From Gekko japonicus (Eukaryota): 64,000 nucleotides of DNA. The position numbers and the translations under genes are program-made. Shown here in pieces: positions 1-12,845 of the stretch. The stretch covers positions 1,009,000 through 1,072,999 of the forward strand of contig NW_015169192.1 in assembly GCF_001447785.1 (NCBI RefSeq), read 5' to 3'. The notes under the pieces were generated by a model, which was not told the DNA's origin, searched no databases, and saw only the letters and a list, made by a program, of their open reading frames with translations. The number at the start of each line of letters is the position of its first letter. Within the stretch, counting starts at the first letter, position 1.

Positions 1-364
1 CCATAGGTTTCTTTACTGCATTTGTACCATACCTTTCCCCCCGATGGAGACCTGAAGAAGCTTACACTATTCTCTTTCTTTCATTTTATCCTCACAACAA
101 CCCTGTGAGGTAGGATTAGGCTGAGAGGCCAATGTCCCTCAGCAAGCTTCCAAGGCAGAATTGGGATTTGAACCTGGGTATCCAAACCTATGAATGAACA
201 CAGTGAGCCAAATCAAATTCTCATGTGTTTCTAGTTTTTACCCAAGACATCTTTGACAAAGGAGGGAGAATGGGCATGCAGTTGTGTGACTGCCTTTAAT
301 CCCAGTGCTGATCTCCCCAAATGTGAAATGCTTACTTAGAGCCTAACTAGTTGCTACAAACTGT

Positions 365-1470
365 ATGAATCACAGAGTTGGAAGGGACCATGCAGGCCAT
401 CTAGTCCAACACCCTGCTCAATGCGGGATCAGCCTAGAGCATCACTGACAAGCGTTCATCCAGCCAGTTTGGTGTAGTGGTTAAGTGCGCAGACTCTAAT
501 CTGGGAGAACCGGGTTTGATTCCCCACTCCTCCACTAGCAGCTGCTCTCAAGGACAGTTCTAGAAAGAGCTCTCTCAGCCCCACCTACCTCACAGGGTGT
601 CTGTTGTGGGGAAGGAAAGGGAAAGGAGTTTGTAAGCTGCTCTGAGACGCCGAGTGAAGGGCGGGGTATAAATCCAATCTCCTCCTCCTCCTCTTCTTCT
701 ACTTTAAGACTGCCAGTGAGGGGAAGCTCCCCACCTCCCATTCCACTGCTGAACTATTCTTACTGTAAAAAAAATCCCTAATATCCACCTGGTAGCTTTC
801 CACCCATAATTTAAACCCACTGTTGCAAGTCCTGTCCACTGCTGCCCTCCTCTGACAGCCTTTCAAATACTTAAAGAGAGCAGTCATGTCCCCCCCTCAC
901 CACCTCTTCTGAAGACTGAACATTCCCAGATCCCTCAGCCTTTCGTCGTAGGGCTTCTCCTCCAGGACCCTGTTCATATTTGTCACCCTCCTCTGCACCC
1001 TCTCCATTCTGTCCACATCCTTTTTGGAGTGAGGCCTCCAGAACTGCACACAATACTCTCAGGTGCAGCCTGACCAATGTAGTGTGCAGCGAGACTATGC
1101 CATGTTGTGATTTGGATGTTATGCCTCTGTTGATTCTCCCCAAGATTGTATTAGCCTTTTTTTGCTGCCGCGTCACCCTGACTGCTCACATTTCGCTTAC
1201 AGTCCACCCGTACCCCAATATCTTGTTCACATGTACTACTACCCAGAAGTGTGTCCCCCATCCAGTAGGCGTGCTTCTCATTTTTGTTACCCAAGCGTAG
1301 AACTCTGCACTTATCCTTGTTGAATTGCATCTTATTCACGTCTGTCCATTTTTTTTCATTGTGTTCAGATCTCGTTGAATTCTGTTTTTTGGTGTGTTTG
1401 CTATGCCTCCCAATTTGGTGTCATCTGCAAATTTGATTAGTCTCTCCACCCCCTCATCCAGTTCATCATG
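365..1470 (-). mobile_element. CR1 LINE 3' fragment (degenerate RT), interrupted by a SINE at 462-700
   Basis: ORFs 1151-1339 (NKMQFNKDKCRVLRLG) and 871-1176 (KKANTILGRINRGI) resemble the CR1 ORF2 C-terminus. CR1 3' UTR-like sequence at 365-460. Confidence 0.85.
462..700 (+). mobile_element. tRNA-derived Squam3-like SINE
   Basis: A-box TGGTGTAGTGG, B-box GGTTTGATTCCC, body ctctcagccccacctacctcacagggtg and a (TCC/TTC)n tail. At least 7 related copies in the window. Confidence 0.85.
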
Positions 1471-2225
1471 GCCACAGGAATAAAAAGCTTTAAGAGGAAA
1501 TTAGATTTCATGGCAGATTAGTCTATCAATGGCCACTAGCCATGGTGGCCATGGTGGCTGAGGGGAACCTCCACATTCAGAGGCACTAAGCCTCTGAATC
1601 CCAGAACCAAGGAGCCCTAGTGTTGTGCGTTCATCTGTTGGCACTGAAGCCTCATTCTCTCTCCCCTCCCTTTTCTGTGAGCCTTTTGTGCCTGAGGTAA
1701 GGACTATTTTTATTTTAATGGCCATCTTATTTCACGGGTTTAATTGGATTAAGCATTACTGCCCACCCTGCCTTGATGAGGCTGGGTGAGTGTAGAAATA
1801 GAAGTAATACATCAAAAGATTAAAAAACAATCAGATTAAATTGAAGAACTGATACTAAACTGATTACGCTGGGCTGCAGTGCACTGGCTGACCTTATAGA
1901 GAGAGTTAACCCCAGAGCTGGACCAACCCAATGCAGAGGGCTGCTTATTTTGCTGGAGGGCCTCACCTTTGTGTCTTTTTACAGCTGGGCTCCTTGCTAG
2001 CACTACTTTATTTAGCTGCTGTTTTATTAAGTCTGCTTTGTCATGCAAAAACAAAGTCGTAGAGGAAGAGTAGAATGTCATGCCTTTTATTTTCACCCAG
2101 GAATACCAAGCTACAGAATCCTGATTTCATTTCCAGTTACATGGTGAAAAGTTCTGACCAGATTTAAAAGACGATTAGACCCAGCAACGGGGACCTCCAT
2201 ACTAGAAGCAGTTTACCTTTTGAAT

Positions 2226-2500
2226 GCCAGTTAGGTATAGTGATTAAAGGTGCAGACTCCAATCTGGGAGAACTGGGTTTGATTCCTCACTCCTCCACAT
2301 GCAGCTGCTCGTGTGACCTTGGGTCAGTCACAAGTTCTTTCAGACCTGTTCTCTCTCGAGCAGTTCTCGAAAGAGCTCTCTCAGCCTCACCAACCTCACA
2401 GTGTGTCTGTTGTGGGGAGGGGAAGGGAAAGGAGATTGTAAGCCGCTCTGAGACTCCAAGTGAAGGGTGGGATATACCAATCTCTTCTGTCTCTTCTGCT
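2226..2500 (+). mobile_element. Squam3-like SINE
   Basis: Same head, body and tail as 462-700. Confidence 0.85.
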
Positions 2501-2562
2501 GCTGCTGTTGGGGGTGGGGTAGGAAGGGTTTGGCCACTGTACTCCTTATGGTCCTTCTAGGG

Positions 2563-2853
2563 CAGGGATCCCCAGCACGGTGCCATGCTCACTGATACCT
2601 TTTCTGGTGTCCGTAAAGAGTTATTAGAAAGTGGGTGGGGCCAGGTAGAGTTTGTGTCTAGCGAGGTTTCTGATTGGCCACATAGGCTGTGCAAATTTTT
2701 AAAACTTGCTTCAGCAGCGGCTGCCACCAGAGCACAAGAATCTTCACTGTGTGACTCAAGGCAAGCTGCGGGAACCATTTTGTGGCTGCACCCTTCATGC
2801 AGTTTTAGAATTCCAAAGGAAACCTGCAGACTCAGAAAGGTCGGGGACCCCTG
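2563..2853. mobile_element. Non-autonomous hAT (Charlie-like) DNA transposon
   Basis: Terminal inverted repeats CAGGGATCCCC / GGGGACCCCTG. 8-bp TSD TTCTAGGG / TTGTAGGG (7 of 8). Confidence 0.75.
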
Positions 2854-3974
2854 TTGTAGGGCAGCAACTCACTGTGTGGAATGTGATACTGAACTAGATG
2901 TACCTTTGGTCTGATCTAGCACGGCTGTTCTTTGTGTGTTGAAAAGCTCAAGCCCTTGTGGGGGGCCCCCTTAGCTCTGAAGCAGAACCAGTAAACCCGA
3001 AGGAACCAAATCACAAAACTGTGCATCAAGGCAAAAATGGTCTAATGCCACAGCGCTCTGTGTTAAAGCAGCCTCCAAGGACAAAAGCACCTTCATGGCA
3101 TCGTTGGCTCCTACAGAGAAGCACGTGCCTGCTGAGGGAGGCCCACATCAGTCCTTGAGCTAATAGAGAGGCAATAAATTAAATTTGCACTGTGTAAATG
3201 GAGCTCTTAAAAAGGAAACACTTGCCAAGATCAAGAGCCCCTTTGGCACATCGTGTTGCTCATTGTATTGATCGTTCTGTTTACACCAGGTAGAGCAGCA
3301 GTTCAAAGAAATGAAAGGGCTTTTGCTAGGATGTTTCTCACATACAGCCTCAGTGGCACCTCTCTTTGTGAGCAGGAGAGTCAGCTAGCTAGCTGCCTCG
3401 GGCTTTATGTGCATCTATTTTGACTTAGAGGAGTTCACGTGCGCAGGCAGCAGGTCCCGGCAGCGTGTGCTGGAGATCCGTAGAAATTGTATTACAGGCT
3501 GATGGAGGGGAGAGGCAGGCCCAGAAGAAATGCATCGGTTGTGGTGGCCACTAGCTTAGATGGCTTTTTGTTTTTTAAAAAAAGGGGGGGTCAAACAAAT
3601 GGATGGAAGACAGGTCTTCCGGTGCTCACTATAGAACCTCCATGTTCAGAAGTAGTGTATATCATGCACCAAATGCTGCGGAGGAGCAGCATATCATGGT
3701 GCAGAGGATCCAGACCCATCTGGTTTGTCACTTTTGGTTACAGAATGCTAGACCAGATGGCCCGAACCTGGACTGATGCAGCACAGCAATTTTAAAGCAT
3801 CTTTTATGCTTAAATAGCCGTTGCAGTGGACCTTTATGTGGTTGTCCACAGTTGAAGGCTTAAAAGCAAGTGCTGAGTTTGAAATATGAATTAGCTGAGG
3901 GATATTGTGTACAACAGGACACAGTTGTTCTTGGACTTCCATCCCTGCTGTGGCACACGCTACCTCAGCTTCTT

Positions 3975-4347
3975 TCGATAGTTGATCTTATTGAGATATA
4001 TGTCAGAATGATAGAGGTAGCAAGCAGTTACTATAGATCAGTTTTATCTGTTTGTCAGACCTAGCTGTCATGCTAGTAATCATGTAATTACAGCCAGGTG
4101 TTTCTAGCAGGTGTTACTCTTTCAGGGCTTGTTAGAGTTAGTGATTGCATCACCCTGTTAGAGATTGGCTGGGATTTAGCATAATAGCTATCATTTTAGT
4201 AAGCTGAATGGGGACTTAGTTCTCATAGACTAAGGCACGACATGCTGTACAATAGCCTGTAAATATCTCTGTATATATTCACCTTTATAACTATATAAAC
4301 TCTCTGTGCACCTTCATAACTGGTCAGTCTCCTGCTTATTTACAACA
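3975..4347. mobile_element. Possible degraded solo LTR
   Basis: AT-rich ~370-bp block with TATA-like elements, ending in TACAACA. The 5' TG end and a TSD are not clear. Confidence 0.25.
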
Positions 4348-5443
4348 CCCAATAGATCTTCCCTGCTGCACAGTCATGTAGAAATCAGTCTTTAGCAGCC
4401 ATTGGCTGGGACTGGAGTGATGTCACTATCTCAGTCACAGTGATGTCACAGAGGGCCTTTTAATCTGTTGGTGTTACAGGTGACTGCTCACTAACAGCCT
4501 AGTCTTGCATGGTTCTGGCTGTGAGTTATTTTTCACAGTGGTGGCAGCTGCTTCCCTACTGAGAACAGCTCTCTCCCTGTTTCAACCCCTAAATAACCTC
4601 ACTCTCCTCCCCCCAGGATGCCTACAGCCTGCACTGGGTTAAAAGGCAGAATGGATAAAATGGCCTTGCAGCACCTCCTAAAAATGTACGTATGTTTATT
4701 TTATTGAAACATTTATATTCCACTTTTTCCCATGGCTCCATGATGGCTCACAAATTCAAATTTGAAAAATGAAAATGCAATGAAACCTCAAGTAACCTCC
4801 CCTTCCTCTTTTTTTTTAAAAAAAGCCTACATCCCATTAAAAGCCTAAGCAGAACCTTCTGGAGATGGCTCTTCCTCTTTGGGGAGTTCATTCCACAGGA
4901 TGGGAGCTAGAACAGCAAAAGCACAGATTGGAGGTGGGCTCCCCTTAAGTGTGGGAAATTGCCAGTAGATAGCTGTTGGCATAGGAAGAGACAGACCCTT
5001 AGCCAGGAAGTGCAAAGAGGTGGAGCGGTGTTTAGCACAGAGCTAAGTCAAGCTCACTTAATGGAGCTAATTAAATTAGCACTGTGGAAAGTCCCCCCCT
5101 CCTCTCTTGCTCAGCCAGAGCTCCTTACCTCAGTGGGCAGTCCTTCCCCGATGAGGCCATGCGGCTGAGCAGGAGGGGAGGGCGAGGGGTGGCTGAGTGG
5201 AATGGTCCATCCTGGTGCCTCACTGTCCCTGTGCAAGGCCATTCCAATACACAAAGCCTCATGGTCTGGCGCCGGGAGGGCTGCGGGCTCACTGCTCACC
5301 GCACACCTCACGCTTCCTCCTCCTCCTCCTCCACCGCCGCTGCCTCCCACTCCTGCAGGCTGGCGAGTGAGGAGGAGGAGAAGAAGGGGAGCCATGGCGA
5401 AGGAGAAGCCTGGTCTCCTGTGGCGTGGAGCAGGCAGGTGGCA

Positions 5444-5518
5444 GCTCCCGATAGTATTATCTTGCTACTGATCTCTCTGCAAGAGAGAGATTGGTAGCGA
5501 GATAATACTGTTGGGAGC
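5444..5518 (+). repeat. 35-bp inverted repeat / hairpin (30 Watson-Crick + 5 G-U pairs, 5-nt loop)
   Basis: Arms 5444-5478 and 5484-5518 pair continuously around loop GCAAG. Looser outer pairing extends to about 5422-5548. Confidence 0.9.
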
Positions 5519-6117
5519 CACCGACTGCCTGCCTGCCTGCTCCATGCCCAAAACTGAAGGACACCCGCCCGCACCGGGTGTGTGTGTGTCTGACAACATC
5601 CTGGGGGATGGCAAGGCTGATCTGTGGGGGCATTGCCCCCCAAATGCCCCTGTGGCCACCTGCCGTGGGGGAGAGATGATCCTTCAGGCCTTGAAGGCCT
5701 TTAAAGAGCATAACCAGCTCCTTAAATTGAACTCAGAAACAAACTTGGCTGCTAATGTAATTGCTTTGACATTGGAATCTGTCCGGTGTCCTGTGGGGAC
5801 TCCATGTGCCTAGTGGGGAAAATGCCTTTGGCTGTAATTTTTGGAGTTTACAGTCTTGCAGAGATTTCCACATGTGCACAAACCGGTCTTCCAGCTTTCC
5901 CCTGTAGTGATCCTCCTGTTTCCCTGTTCAATATTCTTGGGGTTGTGTAGCAGGAATCCTGGTGGTGTGAGTCTCACTCTCTGTTGGCTGGGAAATTTTG
6001 ACTCTATATGCAGTGCTCTCACCACTGCATGGCACTGACTTCTCAAGGCATTTGTTTATAGCTGGGATGTTTTTGAAAGGGGGCAGTGTGGTTGCAAGAG
6101 GAGAGGAATGGAGAGTG

Positions 6118-6145
6118 GAGTGTGTGTGTGTGTGTGTGTGTGTGT
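6118..6145. repeat. (GT)n microsatellite
   Basis: Directly visible. Confidence 0.95.
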
Positions 6146-7533
6146 TTGGAGACAAATGAGACTGGAAGAGCCAAGAGGTGGGATGCCAATAGTGGTGGTG
6201 GGGATGCTCTTGCTGCGTAGCATTGAGCTATTTTGTGTGTGCAGTAGCAGCCCAATTTGAGTGCTGTATGCATGCAAAATCCCACAAGTGTGTGTCTTAG
6301 GCCTGATTTACAAAGGCTTTTTTTGTGTAACCTTAATTTTTTGTAGCTTTGAGGAGCAGACTTTATGGCATTGCATCCTCACTGAGTTTCCTCTGATCCT
6401 CAGATGCTGCCACTAAAATCTCCAGGAATTTCCCAAGCTGGAGTTGGGAACTCTGTGCAGGAGTTGCCAGCTCAGCTGCTGCTGTGGGAATGATGATGGG
6501 GATGTGCCTGGCCATCTCTCATCAGCAGCTTCAAAAAGGGTGTCCTGTTTAATATGTCTCTGATGGGGCCTGGCTCAGCAGTGCCCAGGATCCTGCTGCA
6601 TTATTGCTATGTTCACCTAGCTATGTTTCCCTAACTGGTCTTACTCAATAGAGTCCTGCCATCCCACCAAAAGCAGGGACTGGAAGAGAAACAGGCAGGG
6701 AAAGGAAGTTTTCGATCTGTATACTGAAAACTCACGAACATATTTGTAAAAGAATTTTGTCGAAGAGGTTCCAGAACTCTGTTCTGGTGTGTTCCCCCAG
6801 AAAAAAAAGCCCTGGAAACAGGTATGATAGCAACTATTCAGCACAGAGAAGTTGGTTGACAACACCCTGAATGATCTCTTCCCCTTTTCAAGTTCTACCA
6901 TACTAAAGTTCCAGAACAGATTTTTTTAAAAACCATCAGTGATAACAGTGAGCAAAAAAGGAAGAGCGAAAAGTGACCTTGGTTTTTTTGTCTTGCATTT
7001 TCTATGGCTTGGTTGTTTTGAACCATGGCAGTAACGGTATCTGTAACACCCCCCCCAAACAGAAGTGGAATGTGAAGCTGGCACAGAAGAGCCAGAAATC
7101 AGGTTACTTGAAACTGAAAGGGATTCAAGTCAGAGATTGGAATTTTTAGGCATAGGCTAGGCCTTGAGTGTGAGAGTAGAAGCCGCCCCTGGAATGGCCT
7201 TGATCCCTGAACTGTCAAGTGGGGGACCCCTGGCCACTAAGTTGGATCTAGACTCAATTTTCCATCAGCAGAAAGGAACCTTCTTGCCTCCCCCTTCCCA
7301 CTGCAGCCCTCTGGTGGGATAGGTGGCCTTGAGGAATGACACGATGGGGGGTTGTAGCAGGAAGGGGGAAATCAGTGGAAGCTTCCATGGTCTCTTCAGA
7401 AGGGCAAGACTCCAGGATGCCTGCCTGCCTGGCCGCCCAGGTGGCCGAGGCAGCTAGTGTGGGTGGAGTGTGCTCAGTCGTGCAAATTGGTTATTCCTGT
7501 TCAAGATGGCGGATCTGCTCCACTAGCAGTCGT

Positions 7534-7751
7534 TAGGGTCACCAGTTTCCAGGTGGTAGCTGGAGAGCTCCCAGTTTTACAACTGGTCTCCAGGTTAGAG
7601 ATCAGTCCCCCTGGAGAAAATGGCTGTTTTGGAAGGTGGACTCTATGACATCGTACCCCATGGAGGTCCTTCTGATCCCCAAACCCCGCCCTCTTCAGGC
7701 TCCACCCTCCCAATCTCCAGGTATTTCTCAACCCAGAGCTGGCAAACCCTA
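7534..7751. mobile_element. hAT-type MITE with TAGGG...CCCTA ends
   Basis: Termini TAGGGTCACCAG / CTGGCAAACCCTA, degenerate 8-bp TSD GCAGTCGT / CCAGTTGT. Same family as the outer element at 22658-23265. Confidence 0.7.
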
Positions 7752-9406
7752 CCAGTTGTCAACTGAACTGACAAAGCGAAGAGCAAAGAGCAGTTGTCAC
7801 GATCTGGGGCTTGGCTCAGATTTAGGACCAGGGCCTCACCTATTTGGTGAAAGTGTGCATGCTAAACAGCCTACAGCCACTGGGAGGCAATAGCAATGCA
7901 CCAGATAGAATGGCCAGTTCACTTGATAGATGCTGGAGTGTCTGGGGCTGCTTAGGAGCTCGGCTTTCACAGGGCTTAAGGTAAGCCCTCTGCATGCATA
8001 TAGCCTTTTCCAAAGTGCAATAACTATTCAAAAACAAGCCTGCCCTACTGGTAATATCTGCACAGCATTCATATGCAATGGTTCCAGAGGGAAGATTACA
8101 TTTTGCAAGCCATGGTTGGAATACCGGGGAGATGCAGTTTCTTTGCCTGCTCTACGGTAGAGTCACTATTAGCTAGTGCCATTGCAACCCCTGAGGAAAT
8201 CATACTCTTTTAAAAAAGAACTGTCTTGAAAGATTAAGGTATGTAGAAAGAATCCCCCACACACACACTTTTAGTCAAGTTTCACTTGAGGAATGATAAA
8301 ACATGTACACCTTACTCTACTTCAAAACTTTGATCATACCTTAGTGAAGCCTGGGGCGGGGTCTCACACAGCAACAGGCAAATGTTGTCCAGTTTGTTGA
8401 AAAGGGGAGAGGGGAAGAGTCCAGAAGCAGCAGATCAGTGTCAAGGAACGACTTGAACGGATTAGAATCTTGATCAAGCTAGTAGTCTAGATGATTTGGG
8501 GGGGGATGAGGTGGTTGTAATATACCTGTCAGCTATGCTGCCATGGGGGTTGGGGAGGTCAGGTGTATTCTAATTGCCATTGCATTCCTTCTGTGCTTCT
8601 TTGCTGCTGTAACACTTATCTCTAAGTTCTGCAGGTGGTGGGATGTTGATGTCTAGTTTCAAGGGAGCCGTGGGAGCGAGCTTGGTTCCCAGCTTCAGCG
8701 CTAACAGCCGGAGGGCTTTCTCCTGCGTGCGGGAGTGTGGCTAATTGGCCAGGGCAGTGGGGTGTGTGTGTGCATACGAATACCCTATATCCTATTATGC
8801 CCCAGGGGCAGCCGCCATTCTTAACAGTGCCTATGTTAATGCATCTATAGCTCTTCAATAAAGTATTACCTTTCCTGATAAGTGTGTACTACATTGCTGG
8901 CTGTGGGTTCTGACAATACCTTGATTTCAGCAAAGCATTTCACAAAGCCCTCCATGGTATTTTTATTTATTTACTTCATTATACCCTGCCTTTCCTGGCA
9001 ATGGGCACCAAATCAGTTTACAGACTTTTTTCTCCTCCATTTTCTCCTCACATCAATCCAGGTGTGGGCCTGGCCCCAAGTCAGCCTGTCAGCCAGCCAG
9101 CTTCCATGGCAAAGCAGGGATTTGAACCTTGGTCTCCCAAATCCTAGCCTGACACTCCAACTACTGTAGCACACAGGCTCCCAATGTCATTTTGGTTAAC
9201 AAACTGGTTAAATGTAGGCAGTGGGGTGTTACAGGGCTCTGTCCTGGGCCTGGCACTCTTCAACATTTTCCTCAGTGACAGGGCTGAGGGGACTCCTTAT
9301 CAGATTTGAAGATGACACTAAAGTGGGAGGAACAGCTCATACTGTAGAAGACAGAAATAAAATTGAAAATAACCTCGATAGGCTGAAGCTAGCCAAAATG
9401 AAATTG

Positions 9407-9680
9407 AGGAGGAGGAGGAATTGGACTCATACCCCGCCTTTTACTCAGAGTCTCAGAGTGGTTTACAATCTCCGTCCCTTCCTCTTCCCACAACAGATGC
9501 CCTGTGAGGTAGGTGGAGCTGAGAGAGCTCGGAGAGAACTGCTCTGGAGAGAACAGCTCTGAGAGAAATGTGACTGATCCAGGCCAGGTCCCTGCTCCCA
9601 AGGTCACCCAGCAGCTACATGTGGAGGAGTGGGGAATCTACAGATTAGACTCCCCTGCTGCTAACTGCTATACCAAACAG
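9407..9680 (-). mobile_element. Squam3-like SINE
   Basis: Reverse complement of the 462-700 family. Confidence 0.8.
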
Positions 9681-9822
9681 GAGTTCTGTATTTAAGCAAA
9701 AACAACCAAATGTGCAGGTTGGGGTTGGGGAGACCTGGCTTGGTAACAGTACACATGAGAGAGAAAAAAGGAGCTGGGGACTGCAGCTGATCATGAACGA
9801 AATGCTAAGGTGATGAGACACA

Positions 9823-10096
9823 AAAGAAGAAGAAGAAGAGATTGGATTGATACCCCGCCCTTCACTACACAAAGGTGTCTCAGAGCGGCTTACAAACTCC
9901 TTTCCCTTCCCCTCCCCACAACAGACACCCTGTGAGGTAGGTGGGGCTGAGAGTGCTCTTGACAGAAACTGCTGTTTTCAGGAACAGACCTGCAGCTTGC
10001 CCAAGGTCATCCAGCCAGGTGCAAGTGGAGGAGTGGGGAATCAAACCCGGTTCTCCCAGATTAGAGTCCGTGCACTTAACCACTACCCCAAACTGG
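9823..10096 (-). mobile_element. Squam3-like SINE
   Basis: Reverse complement of the 462-700 family, with the (GAA)n tail at left. Confidence 0.85.
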
Positions 10097-10654
10097 TTAA
10101 CAGGATTTTATTAATAGAAACAGATTGCTGTTCACCAAAAGTAATCAATCCACGTCATTCTGTGCCAGTCGGATCTCTTCTTGGCGTACTGTGTCCAGGT
10201 ATGGGCACCATATTTTAAGAAAGAGGTAGCCACATTGAAAGGAGCTCAAAGGAGAGCTGGGGCCTGTGTCCTCTGAGGACAGGTTGAAGGTATGTTTAGC
10301 CCAGAGAAGACTGCAGGGAAGACATGATCACACTCTGCATATGCCTGCAAGGCTGTCACGTAGAAAAGGGCAAAGACTTTCTGCCATTCAGAGGGCGAGA
10401 CTCTGTCTAATGGGCATTAGTTACAGGAAGGATAGGTTTTAGCTGAACATTTGGAGAAACATCCCAACAGTGAGAGCAGCTCACCAATGGAACCAATTAG
10501 GGAACCCCCATGAATAAAGAACATTCGCTTGCTAGTGGATCCTGGAGAGTCATCCGGGGCCTGTCTCAGTCTCCGTCTGATTCCAGACAAGCCTGATGCT
10601 GCCAACTGTTGTTTAAGATGGGGGGGGGGGGGTGCGGGCAGGGAGAGGGAAGCA

Positions 10655-11047
10655 CAGGAGTCATTTCCTGCAGGAGCGCACAGGAGTGGAGCTCCGGCAG
10701 TAAAGAGCCCAGGGGGTGGGCACATGCAACCCTCAGTCCCAGCAGCCCTCAGTCAGAGCAAGAAGCAGCCAGGTAAGTTTCAGGGCTCCCCCCCCAGCCC
10801 CCCAATCCAAAACAGTCCAGTGGCACCTTTAAGACCAAGTTTTATTCAGGTACAAGCTCTCCCTCCTCTGTGAGGACAGATCTGCACGTCCCCCCCCCCT
10901 ATAGCTAGCAATCCAAAACAGTCCAGTGGAGCCTGAGCGGTGGGTGTTGCCTTCTGACACACTTCCAGTGATGTCAGGGGGTGTGGCATATGCAAATAAG
11001 TTATGCTAATGAGCTCCTGCACCTCTTTTTCTACAAAATGGCCCCTG
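10655..11047. mobile_element. Non-autonomous hAT element (~393 bp)
   Basis: TIRs CAGGAGTCATTTC / AAAATGGCCCCTG, perfect 8-bp TSD GGGAAGCA (10647-10654, 11048-11055). An inverted second copy lies at 37628-38040. Confidence 0.85.
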
Positions 11048-12350
11048 GGGAAGCATAATATGAAACAGAGCAAATGGTGTGTGTGTGTGTGTAATGCTAC
11101 TTGAGAGTCAACGTGTTACCTTCTTTGAAGAAGTGAATGCCCATTGTCCCAAAGCCTTCAGCATCTATTTGTTCTGGAAATCTGCTTTCTGCTCATGCAG
11201 TACTAAAAGACTATATAGGGCTCTTTATCCTCAGAGGAACAAACCTGGCCTAGCCAGTGCTAAGTACTGAAGGTATTTTTTTTGGGGGGGGGGGTTGTAT
11301 GTGGGAGGGGTTGACTGGAACAGTGATGAAATGTGATTAAAAATAATGCTAGAATGTCAGTCAATATTTACAACATCTTTTTTTTACTCTGTAATACCAG
11401 GAAGGAAATGCCACATAATGACCAATCTTGGATACGCATCCTTTGGTTTAACAGCATGCCTTGAACTAAGTTGGTCACTGAAAACATTTCATATGAAATT
11501 GCTCTCGACTGCACCAGCTCATTGGCCCCCTGGGGCACTGGATTAGTCCAACTCGCTGCAGAGTCCCAGGCAAAGCAGGGTCTTCCCCTTCCCTGAAATC
11601 CTTTTAACTGGAGAAGCCAGAGACTGAATCTGGGACTCTCTGTTACTATTATTATTTCATAGAATGTCATTAAGGGCTGTGGAGGCTTGTCTGTGCATGA
11701 TTAGTGGGGAGATGCCTTTACAGTACTGAGCAGATTTGCAAAAGGCAAAGCCTGGTAATTCCCCCTCCCCCATGGTTTTTAGCCATGTAAAAACACTCCT
11801 TTTTATATTGAATTAACAGGCCAGATTTACAGTGTCCAGAGACCTTGTTTTTCAGAGTTTCACTCATCTCAAGGGCCTGGAGCATGCAACACCATGTTAA
11901 TGCAGCTTCCCCCCAGTACCCAAAGCACAGAAGGACAGATCCCTGCTCCCAAGGATCTTCCAATCTACAATATGAGTCAGCAAAGGGAGGAGGAGGGGGA
12001 GACAAGGACACACAGGGCAAGAAACGGCAGGCCTTCCTGACCCTCCAGATCCTTCATGTCACACAGTGAAAAGGGACTTAGGGGTTTGCACCCAGGGGGC
12101 TTCATGGATGAGGAGGGTTTTGAAGGAAGGGAGGGAGGGAGGCCCTGTCAAGGCTGTCAAGGGGGGAGGGGGCACTTCAGGAAGAAAGGCAAAGTCCTTT
12201 GAGGACAGGGGAAGACCTGCATGCCAAGCATGTTCTTTGGCACTCAGCTAAGGCCCTTTGCTGTGGTGGTGGTGGTGGTGGAGGTGGTGGTGGAGGAGGA
12301 AAGTGTCATCGAGTCACAGATGATTTATGGCGATCCCTTATGAAGTTTTC

Positions 12351-12845
12351 GAGAGCCAGTTTAATGTAGTGGTTAGGTAAAAGGTAAAGGTTCCCTTGCT
12401 CGAAAGCCAGTCAAATCCGACTCTAGGGTTGCGGTGCTCATCTCCGTTTCAAAGCCGAAGAGCCAGCGTTGTCCGAAGACGTTTCCGTGGTCATGTGGCC
12501 GGCATGACTAAACACCAAGGAGCACGGAACGCTGTTACCTTCCCACCTAAGTGGTACCTATTTATCTACTTGCAATTTCTTGCTTTCGAACTGCTAGGTT
12601 GGCAGTGGTTAGGTACGCAGACTCTAATCTGGGAGAACCCAGTTTGATTCCCCACTCCTCCATTTGCAGTTGCTGGGTGACCTTGGGCAAGCCATAGTTC
12701 TATCAGAGCTGTTCCTGAAAGAGCTCTCTCAGCCCCACCTACCTCACGGGGTGGCTGTTGTGGGGAGGGGAAGAGAAAGGAGTTTGTAAGCCGCTCTGAG
12801 TGAAGGGCAGGGTATAAATCCAATCTCCTCTCTTTTTCTTCTTTT
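12351..12845 (+). mobile_element. Squam3-like SINE interrupted by a Sauria SINE
   Basis: Head gccagtttaatgtagtggttagg, resuming at 12604 with gtggttaggtacgcagactctaatctggg. Confidence 0.85.
12380..12603 (-). mobile_element. Sauria SINE (5'-truncated)
   Basis: (AAAGGT)n is the reverse of the (ACCTTT)n tail. Diagnostic body ggtcatgtggccggcatgact...ggtacctatttatctacttgca. 12-bp TSD AGTGGTTAGGTA. Confidence 0.9.

Larger units (their letters stand above)
9200..10500 (+). mobile_element. Old CR1 LINE RT fragment split by two SINE insertions
   Basis: gtggggtgttacagggctctgtcctggg (GVxQGSVLG) and LIRFEDDTKVGG (FADD motif). CR1 C-terminal-like sequence resumes after 9680 and after 10096. Confidence 0.7.

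Noticed and set aside
462-535. tRNA gene (and similar A/B-box heads elsewhere)
   Set aside because: It continues into a SINE body and tail and is multicopy.
5084-5813. Cluster of overlapping ORFs in a GC-rich island as a possible first exon
   Set aside because: The translations are low-complexity, with no recognisable domain and no convincing splice donor.
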